NCBI RefSeq assembly: GCF_009914755.1
Contig: NC_060946.1
Strand: one strand, 5' to 3'
DNA: 64,000 nucleotides
Source: the human T2T-CHM13v2.0 reference genome, Homo sapiens
Shown: piece by piece, positions 30,561-47,275 of the stretch
How positions within the stretch are numbered: the stretch's first letter is position 1
Layout of the letters: each line of letters begins with the position of its first letter
Notes under the pieces: generated by a model
Told to the model about the DNA's origin: nothing
The model's database searches: none
What the model saw: only the letters and a program-made list of their open reading frames with translations
Made by a program: the position numbers and the translations under genes

Positions 30561-30877
30561 TTTTTTTGTTTGGTTGGTTTTGGTTTTTGAGATGGAGTCT
30601 CACTCTGTCACCCAGGCTGGAGTGCAGTAGTGTGATCTCGGCCCACTGCAGCCTCCATCTCCCAGGTTAAAGCGATTCTCCTGCCTCAGCCTCCCAAGTA
30701 GCTGGGACTACAGTTGCGTGCCACCCATGCCTGGCTAAATTTTTTTTAAGTATTTTTGGTAGAGGAAGGGTTTCACCATGTTGGCCAGGCTGGTCTTGAA
30801 CGCCTGACCTCAAGTGATTCGCCAACCTCAGCCTCTCAAAGTGCTGGGATTACAGGCGTGAGCCACTGTGCCCGGCC
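30561..30877 (-). mobile_element. Alu (S-type)
   Basis: Antisense Alu consensus. Confidence 0.92.
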
Positions 30878-30955
30878 ACGCTTGGAATTTTTGATGCCGC
30901 TGCCTTTGGATAGTCTGTCTGCTTCAGGGAGAAGCAGATTCAAGGTGTCCTTTCT

Positions 30956-31363
<408 letters not shown>

Positions 31364-31773
31364 TCATTCTTCACCAGGCCCGGAAGATGAAGTCACGGAC
31401 GCAAGTCCCTGGTATTTGATTCTTACTGCCTTTCAGAGTTGCTCTGAACGTTGCACTTGGAGGCAGTTCCAAGGTTCATCATCAGGTTTCAGAATTGGAG
31501 GTTTAAGCTCTTAGCCCCCTCACCAAAGATCAACATGGCAGAGGGAACCAGTAATGAACATGAGTCATAATAAGGTAACTGCAAAAAGGAGGAAGCGTTT
31601 TCTTATTCATTATGATTCAGGCTGCCTAACTTTAAAAAATGTCAACTGGGTAAAATATGGATACATTTTGGACTTGAAGTTCAAAATGCGTATTAAACAT
31701 TCTATGGCAACCACTGAAAAAATAGAAAGAGTGAATAACTACCAAACTAGTATCAAGAAAAGTTGAAAATTAA

Positions 31774-32080
<307 letters not shown>

Positions 32081-32451
32081 AAATAAAAATGGAAAATTAG
32101 AAAGGAAAACCCTTCCTCCCCAAAAATGCAAGGAAGGATAAGTATTTAACTTTTCTTCACTGAAAGACACACAGAATGAAAGACAAGCCATGTAACTGAG
32201 CGAAGATATTTGGGATATGTATGACCCAAGGACTAGCAGGTATAACATATAAACAACTCCCATCAATCAATAAGAAATCAGTTCATCCGGTGAAAAAATG
32301 GGCCAAAGACACAAAGTGACAGTTCATAGAAAAGAATCCAAAAGTGGCCCAAAAACCCAAAAAGATGCACGATGTTATCAGTAACCAGGGAACTGCAGGT
32401 TACTAATTTCCACTTCAGAAAGACAAGAGTTTAAAATTAAAGTCAGATAAT

Positions 32452-32773
<322 letters not shown>

Positions 32774-33162
32774 AAGGGATTTATTTTCTTTTAGCTTGTC
32801 CACAGTGGACTTGTGGTACCCATGTAATATGCTTAAATGTTTTGTCCCAGGAGTCTTGCCCATGTGGACTAGAACAGCAGGCTCCCTTAGTGTCTGACTT
32901 TTGCTGGGGTTCAGAAAAAGGAGGCCTCTCAGGATAACAGAGGGCAAGAGGTGAAGGAAATTGCAGTCACAGTCCCCAGGCTCCTCCCTCCAAGTAACCT
33001 TGAGCCAGCTGTTCCTGCAGCTGTCAGCCGCAGCTCATCAGGCAGCCCCTCTCTGCAGCTTTCCTGGCCACATACTCCTTCTTCCTTCAGGCCAAGAAGT
33101 GGAAAAGACTTTCTGCCACTGCTAGCCCCTGAGGCCTCTACACTCCTTGTTGGTTTTCCTAA

Positions 33163-33466
<304 letters not shown>

Positions 33467-34201
33467 TGCAAATACTGTCTTTATTAAACTCTGCTCAGAT
33501 TAACCAATTTGAGGATGTCTTTACTGCTGTGACCCCCAGACGAATACACACATACTTCCTCCCACATCCTGCCCTCAATGTGTATGGTATAGACTTCTTG
33601 ATAGTACTGGTGGGCTATGACAAGATGCCCTCTCCCTCCTCAGGAGCCTGGGGTTATAACTGTGTCAAGAGGGTTTGACCACAACACCACTGACAGTTGA
33701 GGCCAGGTTCTTTGTTGGAGAGAAGGTGGTTTTCCTTTGCATCATGGAATAAGTAGCAGCACCCCAGCCTCTATCTGCTAGACGCCAGTAACATTCCCCC
33801 CTCCAAATCTTCACAACCCCAGATGTCTTCAGACATTGCCAAAGAAAGGTACCTTCAGGGCAAAAATTACTCTCCCCCACCAACCGCCGCACCACCCCAT
33901 TTGAGAACCACTGGTTTAGATGATAGGAGATTCTCGGTGTGTGGCAGATAGGATTGAGGTTGAAGGCTGATGCCAGGTGTAGGGACCAGGGCTCTAACTC
34001 CTCAGAGAGCACGTAAACCATGAATCTACCCTGTAGTTGCTGTGCCCAGATTCATTGCCATTCCAGGAAATGAGCTTACCACATTGACTGTTGAAGTCAC
34101 GCCAGCCCCAGCATCAAAAGCAAAGGAGTGGATGTTTCAGTTAAAATTGCGGGAGGGGACTTGGTCCTTCCTGTTGCTTCTTCTGACACCTGCATCACCG
34201 C

Positions 34202-34534
34202 TTTCTTTTTTTCTTTTCTTTTCTTTCTTTATTTTTATTTTTATTTTTTTTTTGAGGTGGAGTCTCGCTCTGTCGCCCAGGCTGGAGTGCAGTGGCGCGA
34301 TCTCGGCTCACTGCAAGCTCCGCCTCCTTGGGTTCATGCCATTCTCCTGCCTCAGCCTCCCAAGTAGCTGGGACTACTGGCACCCGCCACCTCACCCAGC
34401 TAATTTTTTGTATTTTTAGTAGAGACGGGTTTTCACCATGTTAGCCAGGATGGTATTGATCTCCTGACCTCGTGATCCACCCACCTTGGCCTCCCAAAGT
34501 GCTGGGATTACAGGCCTGAGCCACCGCGCCCAGC
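34202..34534 (-). mobile_element. AluY-type
   Basis: Antisense Alu with a long composite T-rich tail. Confidence 0.92.
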
Positions 34535-35515
34535 CTGCGTCACCCCTTTCTTGATGTCCATGTATCTGATATAGTTTTCTAGACAGCAGAGCTGCAGATC
34601 CAGAAGACACAGTTGGGTCAGGGACCTGAAACGCCGTGCTGGTGAGCTTCCCATTCAGCTCAGCCTGTGCTAAGGGAGGTTGAGATGCAGGATTCCTGCA
34701 GTAGACGGTGAAGGAAGAGATCAAAGAGCTCAGAGACGTCAGCATACTTGAGGGGATATATTAAATAAGGCCAGACCACCCACTGGGGACCCAGGACACA
34801 CGAAGGCCACTGGGAGAGAGGGCACCCACATTGCTAAGAATTTTAGTAGTGGCTCTCCCCCGCAGACAGCACCAGTGGTAGGAAAGCCTTTTACAGACCT
34901 AAACGCAGCCATTCAGTCATTCAACAAACATCCACTGAGCACGTACTATGGGCCTTGTGGACTGTAACAGTCACTGTAACAGCCCCTTCAGTGGGACTTT
35001 CTCTGCATCTCTTCCTCCTCCACACTCCCAGTTGCAGCCCTTTGTTCACTCATTACTTTGTTCACCAGAGAGTCCATGAGCAGCTACTCAATGCCAGGAA
35101 TGAACCAGGAGGCTAGAGACCGCTGGAGGATAGACAGGTAGACAGACAGACAGACATCTAGGGAAAGCACAGTGCAGGACTAGGTCTTCAGACACTCGCT
35201 CCAGTCCAGTTTCCATGCGTTTACTGTAAACCAGCCTCAAGAGACACAGAGACAGTTTCTCTTCATTGCTACAGGGATGGTGGCACACAAGTGAGGCCCC
35301 TGCAGTGGTCACAGGGATGGATTTTCATGATTGTTGTACATACGAACACGCATAGGCCTGTTCTCCAGTTTATTAACACACACATCCATGCACATCCATG
35401 CACATATACTCACAAACTTCCATGCTCACTGTACAGTCATATCCTACCCATGGGCACACAGGACAGCTTCTCTCTCTCTCTCTCTCTGTCTATGCCTGTC
35501 TCTGTCTCTGCTCTG

Positions 35516-35544
<29 letters not shown>

Positions 35545-35546
<2 letters not shown>

Positions 35547-35880
35547 GTAGTTCCCCCTTATATGAAGGGAATACCTTCCAAGCCTCCCAGTGGATGTCTG
35601 AAACTGTGGATAGTACTGAACCTCCCTATACACTATGTTTTATCCTATATATTCATACCTATGATAAAGTTTTATTTATAAATTAGGCACAGTAAGAGAT
35701 TAATAAAAATAATAATAAAGTCAACAATTATAACAATATACCTGTACTATAATAAAAGTTACATGAATGTGCTGTCTCTCTCTAACACCTTAATGTACTA
35801 TACTCACCGATTGTTGGATGGTGGTTGACTGCAGGTAACTGGAACCTTGTAAAGTGAAACCACGAACGAAGGGGGACTTG
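35545..35880 (-). mobile_element. MER44-like (Tigger7) DNA transposon fossil
   Basis: TIRs cagtagttccccctt / aagggggacttg; internal ataaattaggcacagtaagagattaa. Confidence 0.7.
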
Positions 35881-35955
35881 TATACCCACACGGCTCCCCG
35901 ATAGCAATGGAGATGACAGGACCCCGGAATGATAGAGATCAGGTGGCAGCACTCA

Positions 35956-36696
<741 letters not shown>

Positions 36697-37577
36697 TTAG
36701 GGATGATCAAGAGATAGAAGTCAATTGTCCATATAAAATGTCACAATCCCTTGGCTGTTTTGTGGATCCAGAACTCCTTAGCCTAAGGAGAGGCCAAATC
36801 TCCAGGGGAAAGGAACAACAACCCCACAGCAGGTATGTAAAGTGATGATTCCCTTGGTCTTTGCCCAGACAAACCCACAGCCACTTGAACTGTCCTGACA
36901 CCCAACAGAATAGCACCACGATCCACTCTTTCCATGACACCACGCCAACTGGATCAGATGAGCCCAAAGCAGCCGGTTCTCTGGATGCCTTGATAAGAAA
37001 GCCTCCACCTTCTCGTCTTTTCCCCCAGCCTGGGGAATGAAGCCTGGAGACTGGACAGTAAATGCTCAGCTGGGTGACAAAATCTTGCTTATAAGGGCTG
37101 CCCTAAATCACCGTGTGCTCAAGGTAATACTTGGTCATCTTGTGTAGCAAAAATCCACCCACCACAGGTACCAACAAGGTGAATGGAGCAAACACATGCC
37201 ATGTTGACTCCTTGGGGAACGGAGGTCCCTTCAAGTCAACGGAACCATCACTGCAGGTCATGGCCTATAGAGAGTCCCAGCCCTGGGCCCAGAGAATCAT
37301 TTCTGCATGTCAACTCTACCACTTCAGACCAACAGCGTCGGAAAGACAGCAAGGACAGAAAAGCCCAGGAGCCAATGGTTCAGGACTTGTGATGCAAGGG
37401 GCGGGAGAAGGGAGGTTCTTGTTTCAATGTCAAATGATCTAGCACAACCTGGAGAAAACAGCTCACCGGGACCTGTCTCCAAACTCTTCCCCTGGTGTGG
37501 CCTAAATGTCCCATGCCACTCTCCACTGGGGGCCGCAGGGACCCCTCCTCAACCTCATGTATATTATGTATATTGTA

Positions 37578-37945
<368 letters not shown>

Positions 37946-38225
37946 TGATTGAATGCTAATTTTCAAGACCTCGGCAGAAGTGAGTACTTTGGGAAAATAT
38001 TGCTCGATGAGCTCTGGGGAAAGAGGAGCAGCACCACATAGCAATTATTGAAACAATTCTCACAGGAGCAGTATCATGCTGGGCTGATTGCGGTCTTTGG
38101 AACCAGAAAGACTTGGATTTGAGTCATGACTCTACCCTTTGCTAGCTGCATGGACCTGCATGGTTTATCCAATTTATTGAAGTCTGTACTTTGCTCCTTT
38201 TAGGCAGTGGACAAAGCACTTTTTT

Positions 38226-38679
<454 letters not shown>

Positions 38680-38989
38680 CAAAGCACTTTTTTATAGCCC
38701 CTAGTTTGCTGTTGTGTCTGTTTCCTCTACGGCCCGCACAGCCTGGGTTTGAATTCTGGCTCTCCATGGCCTTGGGCAAGTTGGTTAACTTTTTGTGTCT
38801 CAATTTCCCCACTTGTAAAGTGGGGCTGGGGAAAAACCCTACCTCATAGGGAACATTAAGTGAGTTCATGAAAGCCCTCGGTGTGTGGCATGCGATAACC
38901 ACTACCTAAGCATAAGGTATGTTTACATGCACTGGTTGTTTACCACGACGCACCAGCATTCATTCAAGTTATTTTCTTCCAGAGTCTGC

Positions 38990-39600
38990 CTGGAATGTAG
39001 AACCGGCCAGCTCTCCTCCTCAAACAGTTCCTGCAACCTCTGGTTATCTGTGTGGGCAGAGGCGGGAGTGTGGGTGTGTGGCCCTGCCCTGGGACAGGGA
39101 TGACGAGAGAGCATGTGCTTGTGTCCAGAGCTGTCCCCTTCCCTGCTCAGGGGCCACCAAATATGTCCATGGTCTCTGCTGCCTGGTCAACGGCCACCCC
39201 GGGCTGCCGTCTCCTGGCCAGACCTGGAGCTCACAAGCTAATTTTAGAAATGACTGGTCGACTCAGCTGCTGCTATCACATTGGCCCAGAAGGAGGGTGG
39301 GGGGAGGACGGGTCGGGGAGGGGCAGTAAGGGGAAGGGATGTGTGTCGGTGTGTGTGGAGAGGGTGCTCCTTCGCTCCTGCTTTCCCGGCTCGGTGGGGT
39401 CCCTTCGCGGCCACCCGGGGAGACGTCTTAGACAGTCGTGGTTCCTGTGATCTGTGTCCTCTTTGCAGAAGGTACTATTGGGCTGGGTTTTAGACGGGCA
39501 CCTTGCGAGCGGATCGGCGAGTTTTAATTTTCCGGAATGCGCTGCTGGGGGCTGCGGTGGCAGGCCTCCGGTCTTTTGGTCTATTTTAGGCCTTTCTGGT
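38990..39600 (+). promoter_or_regulatory. MYO18B: Probable MYO18B promoter (CpG-enriched, muscle motif cluster)
   Basis: CpG enrichment in unique sequence; MEF2 CTAATTTTAG 39238-39247; E-box CAGCTG 39264-39269; MCAT TGGAATGT 38991-38998; G-rich tract 39294-39338; lies upstream of the MYO18B ATG exon, which has its own acceptor. Confidence 0.6.
39340..39471 (+). other. MYO18B: Putative non-coding first exon of MYO18B (start uncertain)
   Basis: Lies within the promoter-like region; candidate donor AAG|gtacta at 39472 (alternative GCA|gtaagg at 39326); boundaries are inferred. Confidence 0.4.
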
Positions 39601-40629
39601 GTTGAGAGCTTCCGAGGCCTGATTCCTTTGCCTGTTGCCCGTGCTGCTCACTTTGAAAACAAGAGTGTTTCGGTGGAAGGATTTGAGAACAAAATGCTGG
39701 GGCAAATGGACATTCGTAAGAATCACTCTCCTCAGGCCCCAGCTGTTCGCTAATAATTTTTAAAAATGTGTTTAGAATCATGAGTTAATCTCCACTGTGA
39801 ATCTTTGCCCGCAGACGTCAGGGTTTATATTTTTCCTCAACTACCAGTAATTTCTGCTTCACTGGTGTTCAGTTATGGTCGGGGAAGAGCCAGGCTTCCC
39901 CTTTCGTGTTAACAACGCTGTTGAGTCGAAATGTTAATTTTAATGTTCTTTTTTAAACTGCAAATTAAGCATGTATGAGTGTTGGGGGAAGGGCAATGGA
40001 AGTTCATGGCTGAAGGTTTCAATTTCATGCCACCTTCCTTGAGCTCTGTCTGAGGGAAGGTGTCTTATCTGGCACCCCGGATAGCAGGCATTTCTCTGAA
40101 TGAAGAAGATTCACAGGTCCCAGTGGCCCCATAGTGGGGCAGAAGGGGGCTATGCTTTGACATGGAGCTCTCTCCCAGGAGAGGAGAAGACCTCACCAGC
40201 TACAGGCCTCTGGGCTGCTGCCTTCCTGCAGCTTTTCCATGGAGGAGGCCAGGAGTGGGGAGGCCCGGAATGGGGAGCCCAGTCGGCTCCCAGTCGGCTC
40301 CAAGCTGTCCAGTCTGGCCTCAACCCGCAAGTGTGGGGATCTGGGCTTCTATCCTGTAGGGCCTGGAATACGACGAGGCTGTTACTTTCACTTTGTGGCT
40401 GTCCAAAAAGATGCTGCCTCATTCAGTGCACCAGCTCATGGAGGCTGAGTGTCCCACTAGGGCTTCTAGACTCCAACAAGGATAATGGTGGCCTTGGGTG
40501 CTGTATCCATTGCTGACCTAAGTTGTATTCTCCTATGCCTGGGTACCATGTCCAGTGTGTACCTTGGGAGCAGAAAAGAGAGGGGTCTATATACTCTTAG
40601 GCTATGGATGAGTTCTAGAAAATAATAGT

Positions 40630-40815
40630 GGAGAGGAGAGAGAGAAAAGAAGGAAGAGGAGGAGGAGAAGGAGAAGAAGAGAAGGAGGAGGAGGAAAAAA
40701 GCAGGAGGAGAAAGAGAAGAAGGAGGAGAAGAATAATAGCAAAGGAAAAGGCCAAAAGAAAAGGCCAAGTGGGTGGAGGAGGGAGGAGAAGGAGGAAGAG
40801 GAGGAGGAGAGGGAG
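40630..40815. repeat. Polypurine (GAG/GAA) low-complexity tract
   Basis: ~185 bp almost entirely G/A on the + strand. Confidence 0.9.
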
Positions 40816-41627
40816 TCTCCTGGTCTCCTGGCTTTTGAAGGGCTGCATGTTACCAATCAACAAATATTTGATGTCACCTGCCTCCAGGCCTGGTCACCTT
40901 GAATATCCTGGTGTGGGCTCTGTAACCTTGGATGAGTACTCTCCCCAGTCGGAACTCAGTTTCTCCTTCTAAAACCTGAGGGGGTTGGGCTAGACCACCT
41001 CTGGGATCTTTCCTAGGATTCAGCATCCAGGAAGGTTTTTCTTGAAGTGACGGTCGTTGACGACCTACCCATCAGACTCATGTGGGGCAGGAGGCGGGGG
41101 GCTGTTTTAAAATGCAGATTCCTGGGTTCATCCTAGACCTTTTGAACAGTCTTGGGGGAAGGGGCCCAGAAATCCACAGATTTTAAACCTCACAGGTGGT
41201 TCTGGTGCCCACCCAAATTGGAGAAGAGCTTTTCCTTTCACTTGAGCTAACAAAACCACAGAAGGCTGTTGCTCAGCACCTGCCCTGTCAAAACTCATGG
41301 AATTTCCATGTTTCACAAACATGGAAAACGTGCACAGCACTTTATTAGGGTCTAACTATCGCAAAGATTTTATTGGGCAGGTGTTCCTCCAGGGGTAAGA
41401 TCAAGACTTTCTATGGCATTTTGAGGTGGGAATGGAGGGCCCCCAAACTGAGCAGAACCACTTCCAGCTGCCAAAAGATAGGGACCTGGGGCTGTGAGCC
41501 TACAAGGCTATGGGGAGATGGCCCTTCACTGGGTCCTGCTAGATACAAACAACTGTCTGAATGGCCCATTTGAAGCACATGGTCAGCTGCTGTGGTGTGT
41601 GGCATATCTTTAATATTTAAACAAAGT

Positions 41628-42081
<454 letters not shown>

Positions 42082-42279
42082 TCAAGGACACACAGCCCTG
42101 CAGCAAGAGCATTGGGCCAAGATCAGCCCCTGCTGTCACGGCTGGTGTTCAGGGAGCAACCACGAGCCCCTTATGTTAGAAATAATAGTCAAATCCACCA
42201 TATATATTATCCCCCCGCACCAAGATCTTAAGGAAAGGATAAACCTCAGCTCTCATTTGAATGGGGGCAGCAAAAATAA

Positions 42280-42586
<307 letters not shown>

Positions 42587-42649
42587 CAGAAAATGAACTT
42601 TATGACACAAACAAGGGCCTTGGACATCAAGGTAGATTTCTTTCTCTCT

Positions 42650-42651
<2 letters not shown>

Positions 42652-42693
<42 letters not shown>

Positions 42694-42695
42694 CA
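42652..42695. repeat. (AC)n microsatellite
   Basis: Dinucleotide run with one interruption. Confidence 0.95.
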
Positions 42696-43596
42696 TCTCA
42701 TTCAGTCTGAAGGATCCAGAGACACCATTAGCTTCATATGAAGCTCTCCTCTCCCACAGCCTGACTCATCCAGTTTCATAATTTTCCCTATCTGCTTCTT
42801 TTTTACTGTGTTTCTCCCTGATGCTGATTTACTTTTAAGAATTGTAGTTTCTGGCAACAGAGGAAAGATCCTCAAGAATCGGCAAAGTGAGTTTACCCTT
42901 GGCCAGTGCTCATGTGTAGGGTAGCAAGAATTTCAAGGTTCAGGGTTTCAAGTGAATTTTTCTCTGCCCATAAAAGATGGAATGCATTTTCAGCTGTTTC
43001 TTGGGTACCAGCTGGGGTTTGAGTTTCAATTTCATGGAGGGCAGCTGGATTAACTGTTGCGTTGAGGTAGAGATGGTTGCTTGATGGGATTAAATGTCTC
43101 ATTCACGCTTAATATTCCAGTGAGCTTGGGCGTGAGTTATTAGCCCCATTTTACAGGCCAGGAAGTGAGATTTGGAGCCTGGAGTGACCCCAGGTTATCC
43201 AGGGTGAAATAAAAGCAGGACTGAATACCTTCCTGCCAGAGACTGGACTGTTCAGCATAATGTAATAAACAACATCTGTTGAGATAATAAATTGTGTGGC
43301 ATTGTTTCACAGAGACAGATAAGAAAGCTTTTTCACATTCATTACCTCATTTAATCCACTGATGATCAAGGCAGGTAGTGATATAGTCCCAGTTTTATAG
43401 AAGAGGAAACTCAGCATCAGAGAGGTTTAGTGACTTGCTTTTCTGCTTGTTTTTCTGCCAACAGTGGATGACTCATTTTTTCAGTTCTTTCCCTGTTACA
43501 CCTAGTTATTATTCAAAGCAAAGATGATATTGCCCTCTTCTTCTCTTGATGCTCCTTCCCATTTGTCATGATTCTTCCAGACCAGGGTTCTAGACC

Positions 43597-43982
43597 AGTG
43601 TCAGCGTAGACACTATTGACATTTGGGTTGCATATCTCTTTGTTGTGGACCTGTCATGTGCTTGGAAAAATGTGTAGCAGCATCCCTGTCCTTGACCCAG
43701 TAGATGCCGGTAGCACCTCCTCTCCAGTTGTGACAACCCAAAATGTCTCTAGGATGTTTCCAAAAATGTCCATTGGCAGGCACAATCACCACTTGGTGAG
43801 TTCTGTCCCACACAACTTTCTGCGATGATAGGAATCCTCTGTATCTGTGCTGTCCAACATGGTAGCCATGAACCACGTGGCTCATACAACTGAGACGCTA
43901 AATTTTTGATTTAATTTAGTTAGAATTCATCTAAATTTAACAAGCCACCTGTGGCTAGTGGCTACTGTATTAGTACAGCTCT
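43597..43982. mobile_element. MER20 plus MER3/MER33-like hAT fragments
   Basis: gttgtgacaacccaaaatgtctc and ctgtgctgtccaacatggtagcca...gtggctagtggctac motifs. Confidence 0.55.
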
Positions 43983-44022
43983 AGGTAGCAACACAGTAGT
44001 GGATAGAAAATTAGCCCTTTGA

Positions 44023-44357
<335 letters not shown>

Positions 44358-47054
44358 TCAATCCCTAAAATCAGTCAGGGGAACCTGTTACCAAAAGTCT
44401 AACCAGCTTCTTGCTTCATGGTGGCCGGGAAACACTAGGTTGGAAATGGCAAATACTTGGCACAGGTTCCATCCCTAGCCATTCCTATACCCGTGGCAGA
44501 CATTGCTAGTCAATCACAGCATGCTGTCTTGTTCAGCCCAGGCACAGCTCAGAATGTTTCTCAATACAACACTCTGGGCAGCCCCCAACTACAGATCAGT
44601 TGGTGCTGGCAGGTGAAAGAAACATTATTGGCCATCCTGGCACTCAGCCACGAGGCCCATCTGTGAGGTCCAGCATCTCATCAGCCTGTAGGAGTGGCCT
44701 GATGACTCACCGGGTGGCCAGGAGTGTGTGGCCAGCCTAGGTCAGTGGAGCAACCATGATACAGAGAGGGGAGAGCCAATGGGCTGGAGGAGCTGAGATT
44801 TTTTTTTTCTAATTTCTCATAGAAACACCCACTGCATGATTTAGCAATGGAGGCTGGCAGGGTGGGGTGAGGCTACTGGCTGGTCAGCCACTGATATGCA
44901 AAGCATTTGAAGATTTTAATCTGCCTGGGACTGAATCTGAGTCAACCGGGGACATAGCTGCTGCCAAGGACATGGTAATAACGTCAGAAATGGCTCACAG
45001 GCCTACGGAGCATCTAGTACTCAAACCGCTCCGTGAAGTGGGTGAGAAAAACTGCATCCCCATTTGACAGACAGAGGAGTTGGTGACCTGAGAGGTTTGA
45101 CAACAGGCATAGTGAGGCCCACTCTTAGATCTAAGACTTCCAGGGCTGCTGTGGACCCATGGAAATGCAGGAAGCCTGCTGTGTGTACCCTCATCAACCC
45201 TTTGCAGAGTGAAATGTCCACTTCTGCGGCAGAAGGCAGGTTAGAGAAGTCCCAGGAGACTGAGCATTGTTCTGAAGAAACTAGGAGCCATGTCCCCTGA
45301 GAAAAGGCTGAAGGTGACAGATGAGAAAACTGGGGGCGGATTCCATCATTTCAGTTGGAAAAGGGGTTAACCTCGTTGTCTGTTGTTCCAGAGAGTGGAA
45401 CTGAGGCCACTGTGTGACTGTCCTGGGAAGGTAGCTCTCTGAGAAGGAAGAAAAAGCATCAGACTTTACTCATTGGGACATGAGGACCTTAGTTCTGCTA
45501 TTGTCGCTGTAGGACCTCGAGAAAGTCACTTCCCTTCCCTGGTCTATGGATGCCAGGATATAGGAGAAGTAGGTTTTGTGGCTTCTGAGGGCCTTTCGGA
45601 GCTCTGGTTCCAAGGAAGAAACACAATTAGAGCAGACTCCAAATGTCCTATGTATTAGTGACCTCCCTGTCAATGGACATGACCAAGAGGGAACTCATTG
45701 ACTGTCTATCCTGGAAATTCCTTGTGAAGTGAGCTGGGTCTCTGGGGTTTCTCCATGTGTAAAGGCCCCAGGTTCTGATGCTGAGGGGCATTTCTGGCAG
45801 CCTTCACACCTGCTGCTCCCTGCCCGCCATTCTTCTTCATCTCACCACCCCATCTGCTTTTCTCTTCCTTCCTCCCTCCCTCTTCAACATTTCATTTTCC
45901 CTCCATCAACCTTCCTGCCCTTGCTTCTCACTCATCCCTCTCCCTTTCTCACCTTCATGTGTATTGTTGTGAGCATGGTCTGAATCCCTGGCTATAGCTG
46001 GCTGTGAGCCACCCTTGCCCTGATTAGGGAGAGGATCTGTGTGCTGGGCAAAGTCCCTTTTCATTATTGCCTGGCTCTTTGGCCATCAAACTCCAGGCTT
46101 GGGTGAAGTAGGCTGGACTTTGTATGGAATCATGAGTCTCTTTTGTCCATTTAGCCTGTGGATGGCAATAGATAGCACTTATGCCCCATTCCCTCTTTCC
46201 ACGCCCAGGGCAGACATTAATAAACAATCAGAGCACCCTTCTTCCACTCAGCCCAGATAAAAGCTCACAGTCCTTCCCATGTAACCCACGAGGCAGCCAC
46301 TATCCGTCTATCAGGATTGATATGTGAATTAAAACCTACTTCCCTACTGACTGTATCAGTCAAGGGCCCACTAGAAAACAGCACCCTCAACTGGTATCCT
46401 GGAGAGCCTTTTTAATGAAAGAACTCTCCCAAGAAATGTGTGCAGGGTTAGGGGAACCAACAAAGCATGTTGAAGCCCTCAGAGATAAGCAGTGGTGGGA
46501 ATACCTTACTAGCCTTGGGGCTGTATGGGACAAGGGAGAGGAGGGGTGATTTAGGAACACAGAGATAGCTGGAGTTGGTGGACAGGGACCACTTGAAGGG
46601 TGTTGTGGTTGTAGATGGAGAAACACAGCATTTCTAAAATTAGGGCCTGATACAGAGAGAGGTGGGTAGAGTGGGAACTAAATACCTTGACCACTAGTTC
46701 CTCTCATATGCAGGTCCTCCCAGAGCCTTCCATTGGCCAAACGAGGGGAAGCCAGAGAGCAAGAGAGCCTGGGGGTAGGGAGCACAATGCCTAGTGGTCA
46801 GCTCCTGGGGCACACAGCAGTGTGGCCTGAAGGTGGCCCTTGGAGAGGGCATGCCACGTGGATGTCAGGGCGGTCGTCTTGTTCCCCATTACTCAATCCT
46901 CTCCTGGGACGTTCTTTTCCTTCTTGGGGTGAGGCAGCTGTAAAGTCAGGGCTATAGTAGGGTGCAGAGGGCTCACTCCAGTGGGGCCATTTGAGGAGTT
47001 TAGGAAAAAAACTGTTTACCAAAGTAGGGGCAGGATGCAATGGTAGCATTAAGG

Positions 47055-47275
47055 TTAACAGTCAGCAAATGACAGCCCACGGCCAGATCCAACTCTCTGC
47101 CTGGTTTTAAAAATAAAGTCAAATTGAAACAGCCATGCCCATTCATTTACGTACTAAGTATGGCTGCTTGTGAGCCGCAAGGGTGGAGCTGAGTCATTGT
47201 AACAGAGAACCTACAGGCCTCAAAGCTCAGAAGATTTCCTATCTGGCGCTTTACAGAAAATATTTGCTGCCGCCT
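47055..47275 (+). mobile_element. MER58A-like hAT fossil
   Basis: gtcagcaaat...aaataaagt...ttgaaacagccatgcccattcatttacgta...ctttacagaaaa pattern. Confidence 0.7.

Noticed and set aside
40602-40972. Arg/Lys/Glu-rich 114-aa ORF and its antisense ORFs
   Set aside because: Translation of a polypurine low-complexity tract that lacks stop codons by composition.
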